Assembly (NCBI GenBank): GCA_000388065.2
Contig: KB932201.1
DNA length: 34,861 nt
Source of the DNA: Fonticula alba ATCC 38817
Lineage: Eukaryota; Protista; Nucleariida
Direction: 5' to 3' (one strand)
Within the stretch, counting starts at the first letter, position 1. Each line of letters opens with the position of its first letter. This document shows positions 23,179 through 32,048 of the stretch, one piece after another. The translations under genes were made by a program, and so were the position numbers. The notes under the pieces were generated by a model. That model had not been told where the DNA came from. It searched no databases and worked only from the letters and a program-made list of their open reading frames with translations.

Positions 23179-24802
23179 GTTGGCACGCGTGCAACGGAGG
23201 AAGAGGGGGGGGGGGGCGAGATGGAGGGAAAGCGGAGAGGGAGCAGGAGGGGGAAGGGCAGAGAACAAGAGAGAGAGGGAGAGGGATAGGTTGGGTAGGG
23301 GGGCCCAGAGAGCTGATCAGAGGGGGAGAGAAGAGGGCTGGCCAGGGCCAGACGGACTCGCCTGCGAAAATGCCGCTCAAATAGCCCTCCTCCAGCCGAG
23401 CGATCTGGGTCTGGCTGGCGGCCGGCATCGCCAGTGTGCCCCGCGACCTGGAGGGGGGGGGGGGGGGAGGCCAGGCTCGACTGGCCGCCTGCCCTCGCCC
23501 CCGGTCCCCCCTCCGCCCTCCTGGTGTTGGTATTTTGGCCACCGCCTCGGCCGGTCCCCTGTCTGGGGGGAAGGAAGATCGACGCGGAGCCCTGGATGGC
23601 GTCTGGGCATCTCGCCAGCCCTTGGGTGTTTCCCACTGGCCGACCATGCAGGCTGTGGTGGCGGTGGCCAATCTAGGGGTCGGGCGGCCCTTGCGCTGGC
23701 GGCTGCGGGTCATGCGGTGATGCAATCGGCGGGGAGATGTAGCGTGATCCCGGGCGCATGTGATTGCATAAGGGTATTCCACGCAGCATTCAGGCACGCA
23801 GGCTTCGCGAGCTGACAACCTACCTCGGGGCATTCCCGCGTTCCGGGGTGCGGTGGTGGTCGTCTGTCAGTCCAGGCCACGCCGGGGGGGGGGGGGGGGG
23901 CAGGCGCGGGCAGAAAAACAAGGCCCATCAACCAGGGCGCGGGGCTCTGGCCTGCGCCGGGCCAGGACCCGTTTCTTGTGCCTGGAAAAAAATGTGAGAC
24001 AACGGCACGGCCGGCGGGGCGGGGGTGCCCCGCCGCGAGGCCCTGTGAAAAAGGGTCGTTTAGGGCGCCCCAGCGTCCGGGGATTGGGATAGGCCAATCT
24101 TCCCATGGAGCCGGCCGGCGCGTGGGGCCTGCCCTTCCTAAACTCTCGTGCTACTTTTCGTGGCGGTTCTGAGCAGATATGCCGGCCACCGGGCTATTTC
24201 GGCGTGTGAACAGTTGTTGCACTAGATCCCCGATGCCCTGGCCCCCGCGCCGCCCGCTGGTCCGGGGAAATTCACCAAGCGACGGCCGGTTCACCGGTAG
24301 CCCGGGCCGGTGCCGCGGCCTGGGGGGCATTTTTTTCCTCCGGCGCCCACACTACGCTGGCCCGCAGGGGCCGGGTGGGGTGAGGAGGATCTAGCACCCG
24401 GGTCCCTTAGGTCTCCGGTCCCGGGTCGCCACTTCCTCCGGCCGGAGGCCTCCGGGGGAAGGGGGGGAGTATGCGGGCTGAAAGAGCCATGGTTGCCGAG
24501 GATGGGGCCGTGTCCCGAGCGGCATGCGCAAGTCCGACTGCCCATGCGCCTGCCCTTGTTCGTGGTTGTGCCAGGGCCGGGCACAATCTCATTCCATTGG
24601 CGGGCGAGTTTTTTCCCGTGAGTTTGTGTGCTGCTGCTACACGGCAACGTTCCTGCCTCTAGCGCGAGAGTCCCGCCACACCGAAGCGAGGCCAGCCAGC
24701 CAGGGGGCCCATGTTGCTTGGGGGCCACTGCTCCCTGCCGAGCACAGGGTCCCTGGCTGAGAAGAAGATCTCTCATTTTCAGGCGTCTCTCGGCTCCTCA
24801 CC

Positions 24803-24845
<43 letters not shown>

Positions 24846-25202
24846 CATGTGTGTATGCGTGTGTGCGTGTGTGTGGGCACGTACAGAACACCGGGATAGC
24901 CTGGCTGTGAGCCGGCAGCCTCGCAGCACATGTTTGCCTGTCGTTCGAAGAGATATGGGTCCCAGCTTCTAGCTGGTAGAGATTCTTACCACTGGAAGGG
25001 AGCGGGGGGGNNNNNNNNNNNNNNNNNNNNNNNNNNNNNNNNNNNNNNNNNNNNNNNNNNNNNNNNNNNNNNNNNNNNNNCCCCCCCACTCTCCCCCGCC
25101 CGTTCCCTTCCCCCGCCTTCATCTTTGCTTGTTCATTCTCTCGCTTTTCTCTGTCAAGAGCCAAGCGCCATCTCGATTTCCGTCTCGATCACATCCCCGG
25201 AG

Positions 25203-28155
25203 ATGACCTCGAGCTCCGACTACGATCCCGCAACCTCGGCTGTCGAGGTTGCCGCCGCTTCTGAGAGCCTCCCTGTCGCTGAGGCTCCGACTGTCCCCAA
25301 GATGTCTGAGGAGGTTGCCGAGACCATCGAGGCCACTGCTGAGGAGACCGCCGAGGAGGTTGCTGAGACCGCCGAGGAGGTTGCCGAGACTGCCGAGGAG
25401 GTTGCCGAGACCACTGAGGAGACCACTGAGGAGGCCACTGAGGAGGCCATCGAGGAGGTCACTGAGGAGGCTACTGAGGAGGCTACTGAGGAGGCCACCG
25501 AGGAGGCCACCGAGGAGGCCACCGAGGAGGCCACCGAGGAGGTCACTGAGGAGGCCACTGAGGAGACCGCCGAGGCTGCTGCCGAGGAGACCGCCGAGGC
25601 TGCTGCCGAGGAGACCGCCGAGGCTGCTGCCGAGGAGACCGCCGAGGCTGCTGCCGAGGAGGCTGCCGAGGAGGTTGCCGAGGAGGTTGCTGAGACCACC
25701 GAGGAGGCCACCGAGGAGACCCCCGAGGCTGCTACTGAGGAGATCACCGAGGAGGTTGCTGAGACCACCGAGGAGGCCACTGAGGAGGCCACTGAGGAGG
25801 TTGCCGAGACCACCGAGGAGGCCACTGAGGAGGTTTCCGAGACCACCGAGGCTGTTGCCGAGGAGGTTGCCGAGACCACCGAGGAGGTTGCCGAGACTAC
25901 CGAGGAGACCACCGAGACCACTGAGCCTGCTGCTGAGGAGACCACCGAGGAGACCGCCCAGACCACCGAGGAGACCACCGAGGAGACCACCGAGGCTGCC
26001 CCGCTTGCCCACTCGGCTGATGATATTGAGGAGGACGAGGAGGCCACTGAGCCAGCCACCGACGCGATCGAGGCCGCTGCCGGCGAGATCGCCGCTGCCG
26101 TTGTCAAGGCCGCCGTCGAGGCTGCCGTTGAGGAGGCCACCGCCGCCGAGTCGACCACCACCTCCATTGCCACGGCCGACATCGGCCACGACGCCGTCGA
26201 GGAGGCGGCCACCGAGACCGGGTCCTTCGAGAAGGGCACCTCCCGCCCGGCCACCGCCCTCATCAACCAGTTCCTGGTTGCCTTTGCCGAGAAGCTCAAC
26301 AAGCACCTTACTCCTGTCATGCCGGAGGAGCCGGTGGCCGGTGGCGATGCCGGTGCCGCCGTTGAGAAGAAGCCCACCGCCTCGGACGAGGAGCCCATTT
26401 CCACCAGCCCTTCGGAGGTGGTCGTCGAGGCCAAGGACGCCGATGAGACGACTGCCGAGTCGGCGGCCGCCGTCGAGCCGGCTGCCACCGAGGCCCCGGC
26501 CCCCCTGGCCTCGTCTCTGTGGGGCGTGGACATGTCGACCCTGACCGAGGCGCGTGAGACCCCGGCCACCGCGGCCCAGCTGACCTCGGCGCAGCGCCTG
26601 CTGGTGATCAAGTACCTGCGCGCGCGGCAGGGCGACGCCTCCGCGGCCGCCGATGCCCTGCTGGCGACCCTCGTCTGGCGCCATGCCTTCGGCGTCGAGA
26701 GCCTGATGGCCTCTCCGACGGCGGAGGACATCGCCGTGGCCGCGGCCGATGGCGTGCTGAACCCCCATGTGGGCCGCATTGCCGGCATCGATCGCGAGGG
26801 TCACCCGGTTTGCTGGAGCCATTACGGCTCGCGCCTGGACACCGGGAAGCTGCTGGAGACCCCGGGCTTCGAGGGGCTCTTCCTCCGCTGGCGCATCTCC
26901 CTCATCGAGCGTGCTATGCTGATGCTGGACTTCCAGGGCGATTGGAGCCTGGTCGGGGCGGACACCTGCCCTCATGGTCTCGGCACCCATGACACTCTGA
27001 TGCTGACCCAGGTCCATGATTACGAGGGTGTCGGTCTCTTCTCGTCCATGGGCCGCGATGCTCGTATCAAGGCCCTCACCAAGGAGGTCATCTCCCTGAT
27101 GAGCGACCACTACCCGGAGACCCTGCGTCGGAAGTGTGCGTCCCCCTGTTTTGCCCGATGTCTCGTTTTCTGCTCTTCTCTCTCTCTCTCTCTGGCGCGT
27201 GCGCGCGCGCGCGCGCGCCCTCCCTCATGTGCTCACCCGCTCCTCCCTCGCCCTGCCAGTCTTCATCAATGTCCCTCGGCTGATGGCCGGTCTGATGTCC
27301 GTCTTCTCGGCCTTCACTCCGGCCGCCACGAAGTCCAAGTTCATTGTGGCCTCGGCCGGGTCGGCCCAGTCGGCCCTCTTCGAGCACATTGACCCGACCA
27401 ATGTCCCCGTGGAGTATGGCGGCTTCTTCGATGACTCGGAGCAGGCCCTTTCTCGGAGCAGCTTCGATTTGACCGCCCCCGCCCGGCAGGTGGCCCAGAC
27501 CTCGGTCTCGGTGCCTGCCGGCGCGCGCATCCGCGTCAGCTACCATGTCCTTTCCGGCAGTGACATCGGCCTGAAGGTGGCCCTGCTGCCTGCGGTCGCT
27601 GAGAAGGAGGAGGACACCACGTCCTCCGGCGGCGAGTCCGACTCGGCGTCCGAGCCGACCGCTGCCCCGACCGAGGTTGGCCGGGAATTTGTGGTCCCGG
27701 CCGCGGCCCCCGGTGAGGCCGCCTCGCGCAACATCACTGTCACTCTGGACAACCGGTCGGCCATGTTCCTTGGCTGCCGCTACTTCGCTTGCGTCTCGGT
27801 CTTTGAGGCCCCGGCCGTTGAGGAGGCCACTGCCGAGGTTGTCGCCGAGGAGGCCGCCGAGACCACCGAGGAGGTTGTCGCCGAGGAGGCCGCCGAGACC
27901 GCCGAGGAGGTTGTCGCTGAGGAGGTCGCCGAGACCGCCGAGGAGGTTGTCGCTGAGGAGGCCGCCGAGACCACCGAGGAGGCTGTCACTGAGGAGGTCG
28001 CCGAGGCGGCCGCGGAGGCTGTCGCTGAGGAGGTTGCCGAGACCACCGAGGAGGCTGTCGCTGAGGAGGTTGCCGAGACCGCTGAGGAGACTGCCAAGAC
28101 CGCCGAGGAGGTCGTCGCGGAGACCGCTGAGGAGGCTGCTGAGGCCACCGAGTAA
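25203..28155 (+). CDS. Sec14-like (CRAL-TRIO) lipid-binding protein, Sfh5/patellin-like, with C-terminal GOLD-like domain and acidic Glu/Ala/Thr repeat arms
   Basis: Exons 25203-27135 and 27260-28155. Motifs: IKYLRAR...LVWRHAF (CRAL-TRIO N), IDREGHPVCW, FLRWRISLIE, QVHDY, DHYPETL, FINVP and VPVEYGG, then a beta-rich segment with DIGLKV...ITVTLDN (GOLD-like). A phase-compatible upstream exon (about 24930-24975, MFACRSKRYGSQLLA) is possible. Confidence 0.88.
25305..26000 (+). repeat. Coding minisatellite: nested 4-, 7- and 8-codon Glu/Ala/Thr repeats
   Basis: EEVAETA x3, runs of EEAT (gaggaggccacc/gaggaggctact) and EETAEAAA x4 (gaggagaccgccgaggctgctgcc). Confidence 0.9.
27832..28085 (+). repeat. 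Coding minisatellite: 36-nt (12-aa) unit, about 7 copies
   Basis: EEVVAEEAAETT-like unit repeated with substitutions at the C-terminus of the Sec14 protein. Confidence 0.85.
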
Positions 28156-28426
28156 AGGGCCCAACCTTTTTCTCCCACAAGAATACAAAATGTGCCGTCT
28201 TTTTTCTTTTTTTTTTGCGTCACTTGCTGCTACTCATTCCTGCCAACTGTGGTGCACGCGCATGGGCATGTGCTAGCGTGGCATGTGTGCTTCCTTTCTC
28301 TCCCCTCCTTCTCTCCCTTTTCCCCCAACAAAGATGACCGGGGAATTGTATGATATATTTTGATATGCTATTTTTTCCGCTTCCTTCACAGCACGCCTGA
28401 GCGACAGGCACTTCACAATCGTGCAC

Positions 28427-30172
28427 TCAGAGGGACGGCGGCAGTTGCGGGGGATGGTGCTGCTGGGGGGTCGGATAGTGCCCAGCCAGGGGGGGCGGCA
28501 AGACAGGGGGAGGCGCGCCCGGCCCGCCGGGCCCCATGTCACCCACTCCAGGGGGCAACTTCGGCGGCAGCGACCCATACTGGTGCTCGGGGCCCATGTG
28601 CCACGAGGCCAGATGCGGGGGCATGGCAGTCGCCTGGTGGGGCGGCTGCGATTGTGAATACATCGACGGATGCTGGGGATGCGGGTGCTGGCCGATCCCA
28701 TGCTGTGGAAATCCTTGCCACGTCCCGCTGGACCCGGGCAGATTCCCGAGAGCCGCCGGGTGTTGTGACTGCGGGAGGGCATACATGTGAGATGCCGTTC
28801 GACCGCTGTAAGTGTGTGAAGAGTGGCCGGCTGCCGCCGCCGAAGCTGCCGCCGCCACCGACAGGGGGCGGTGCGTCGTGGCGAAGGAATGCGGCGTTGG
28901 GGCCGGCGGTGGGGGCTGGCCGGCGGCCGGCGCCAGAGAGGCAGGCAAACTCACCGGGGCAGGGGTGGCGCCCGGGGCCGCGGCGGCCGCGGCGACGGGA
29001 GGGGCAGGGGTGGCGGCGGCGGCGGTGGCGGCGGCGGCCGCGGTAGCGGCACCCCCAGATGCCCGAGTATTCGGGCTGGCCACATAGCTGGGCGTCACTG
29101 GCGGGGGCACCACCGGAGGGGGCTGCGAGATGAAGCAGTACGAAGGGAAGGTCTGCTCATTGGGGCTGACCGTGGCACACCAGTGTTGCAGCCACTGGGG
29201 AAGGATGCCCGAGGCAATTTGCCGGCCGATGAGCGACCGCAGTGACCGGGCCAGGAGGGAGTTGGTGTTGTGTGGCCGGAGGCAGGGCAGGCCAAAGTGC
29301 TGGCCGTCGGTGGATGCCATGGTGAAGAGCACCGCACCGGTGATCCACTCATTTGTGCGCGGGCTGGCGGCCGATCCGGAGCCGGTGGCGGACCCGCCGC
29401 TGCTCCTTGCCGAGCTGCTCCCCGGGAGACGCATGTACGCTCCATCGTAGAGGCCCTCGGCGCGCAGCCAATCGACCACCCGCTGGGCCGACCAGTAGAG
29501 AAGGCACTCATTGCGCAAGTCGGGCGAGTCTCCGACGGCCGGGGCCGGGAGCCCGAAGAGGACCATCGTCGCCCGAAGGTGGAGGATGATGGCCTGAAGC
29601 GGGGTCAAGCCGCAGGTGCCGGGATCCGCGAGGAAGGAGAGGGTCCCGTTGGCGGCGAACACCGTGCCGTTGATGCTGTGCGCACGTAGCCGAGCCAGGG
29701 CCGATGGAGCCAAGCCGCAATCGGCCGCCCAGAGGACAAATTCCGCCGGACGCAAGGCACGAAAGCTCTCGGCCCGGGCCGACGGGTCACACTGCCCTGG
29801 CGGGCCTCCGGCAAGCGATGGTACCGATGCGGCCAGGGTCCGCTGCTCCTGGAGGGCCAGCTCCAGCGATGAGCGGACCTGCACCAGGGCATCGATGGCC
29901 GCGGCGCCGGAGACGTCGACCTGCGTGGCGGTGCCGGCCACCATGGCCTCGAAGGAGGCGCTGCGCGAGGAGCGTTCCCGCTTGGCGGCCTCGTCGAAGG
30001 ATTGCAAGTCAGCCGAGAAGGTGTCCATCTGCTGGAGGAGGCGCTGGCGATCGACGAAGATCTCCTCCACTGGAGGTTGGAGAGGAGGACGGGGTGGGAG
30101 GGGGGGGGGGAGGGGATATGCGGTGAGCATGGCGCGACGCCGATGGGATAGTGGTAGATCAGTCAATGGACC

Positions 30173-30207
<35 letters not shown>

Positions 30208-31328
30208 ACGAGCAGGGGGACGCAGACAACAAAGTGCAAGCGAGGCAGACGCCGCGTCACACGCACGGCGCTTCTTCAGGCGGATCTCCTCCTCCTCGAG
30301 GGTTGTCAGCTCCAGGTAGCAGGTGGCCTTCTGGTCGACCAGGCGCTGGCGCTCGGCCACCGCCTCGCGTGACTGTGCCTCCAGCGTCTGCTGAGCCGCC
30401 CGTAGGTTGCTGATCTTGGAGGCCAGGTGCGAGGTGCACAGGAGGGGAACCGGCTCGGCGACAAGGGCAGAAGCCGAAACTGGGGCCGGGGCGGGGGCCG
30501 GGGCTGGGGCTGGGGAATCGGCCCCACCGCTGGCCAAAGATGCCAGAGACAAGGAGGACATGGAGCTGGCCCGCAATTCGGCCGGATTCGGCCGCGAACC
30601 GACCGACAGGACGCTGACCACGGTTTGTTCGCTGGACTCGCTGGCGCGCGAGGCAAAGTCCCCAGCCGACCGGCCGAGGATCTCGCGGACCGAGGGGGCG
30701 TGCTGAAGCCGAGACAGCCGATCCTTGACCGCCTTGTAGGCCAGGTCCACCGAAGCCGCACGACCCTCGAGGCAATCCTCGACCGACCCGTACACCGGTG
30801 GACTGACGCTGGTGTCTGTGGGCAGGGGGGGGGGAAGGACCGGTTAGTCCGGCTATGGGGGTTGCCGGCCGGGAACACACGTCCCACAGCCGGTCGCAGA
30901 GGACCCGCGGAAGCAGGAGGGCCGGGAGGGGTGGGCGGGGGGAGGGGGGGGGGGGCGAGACCAAGCCCTGTCAAGTCGGGGAAAATGCACACGCACCTCG
31001 AAGAGACAAGGTAATGAGGGTTTTGTTGATACGGAGGGCCTCGATCAGAAAGGCAGCTCCTTCATCACTGATGCCACAACCTTTCATTGGGGGCCGGGAG
31101 AGAGAGAGAGAGAGAGGAGGGGAAGGAAGATTAGCAGGCGAGTGTGGACAGTTGAAAGCCCTGGGGCAAAAGTACCCAGATGCAAGGGGAGGAAGAGAGA
31201 GGGGACGGGGCCGGAGAGAAGACCATGTACCATCGAGGGAGAGAACGAGGAGGGTCTGATTTTGCTTCAGCGAGGTGGAAAAGACGAGCGCCGCGCCATC
31301 GGTGATATTCTGGTTGTCTGGGTCGGAT

Positions 31329-31391
<63 letters not shown>

Positions 31392-32048
31392 GGGGTCAGC
31401 AGGGGGGGGGGGGGTGTGGGGATGTGTGTGTGTGCGGGGGGGGGGCGGGGGGGGGGGAGGGGTCAGCAGCGTGGATGGCAGTCACCGGAGCACGGCGAGC
31501 GGCGAGCGAGGAGGGAGGCGCACGGCGGAGGTGGAGCTCGAAGAGCTTGGAATTGGTGCGCAGTGCCGTGGCCAGAACCATGGAGACCTGATCATTCATG
31601 GAGTCGCAGCCGCTGATCTCCACAATGCGAAGGTGGCTGTTTTTCTTCAGCTCATTGGCAAAGAGAACGAGCGAGTTGATGGAGATGGCATTCTGGTCTG
31701 GAGCGGGCCAGGGCGAGTCAGTGCCGGGTGGAGCCCGGGCCAGCGCGGTTGGAGGCAGCGACGTGGCCCGGCGGGGACGTACTGATGAGCCGGATGTCAA
31801 TGAGGTCGGTGTTGGCCTTGAGCGTGGACAACAGCGTCGGGACGGTTTCCTCGGTGATGGTAAGGCGCTCGTATCTCCCAGTGAAATCCGGGATCACAAA
31901 GTCGGCTGGTCAAGCGGAGGGGCAATCGTGTGGTGAGCGACGGCACAGGAGCAGGGCCCGATGGCGGAGCAGGTAAATCGGTACCCTCCGTGTCCTCTGG
32001 GAGGATGGCTACGCTTTGGTACTGGAGGATGTTCGTCCAGACGCTCAT
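28427..32048 (-). CDS. Hypothetical protein: ribonuclease-inhibitor-type LRRs, coiled coil, two SAM-like domains, Ala/Pro/His/Gln-rich tail
   Basis: ATG at 32048 in ccgccATG context. Short GT-AG exons each encode about one LRR: LLSTLKANTDLIDIRL, LFANELKKNSHLRIVEISG, VLATALRTNSKLFELHLR, NITDGAALVFSTSLKQNQTLLVLSLDG and GISDEGAAFLIEALRINKTLITLSLR. Helical segment LASKISNLRAAQQTLEAQSREAVAERQRL. SAM-like FVLWAADCGL...HSINGTVF and WSAQRVVDWLRAEGL...ITGAVLFTM. TGA at 28427-28429. Confidence 0.72.
31343..31390. repeat. 48-nt G homopolymer next to (GT)n in an intron of the LRR gene
   Basis: Counted directly. Confidence 0.85.

Noticed and set aside
23340-23431. Possible upstream EFL1 exon (MPAASQTQIARLEEGYLSGIFA) with a GC donor
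   Set aside because: No phase-compatible AG acceptor was found before the conserved start. The ATG at 23178 has good context and gives a normal N-terminus.
25203-26000. Regular direct repeats that could suggest a CRISPR array
   Set aside because: They are in-frame codon repeats with no unique spacers, in a eukaryotic gene with no cas genes.
25119-28188. Long antisense ORFs (663, 522 and 366 aa; Leu/Gly- or Ser/Val-rich)
   Set aside because: They mirror the GAG/GCC/ACC codon repeats of the Sec14 gene, which lack antisense stops.
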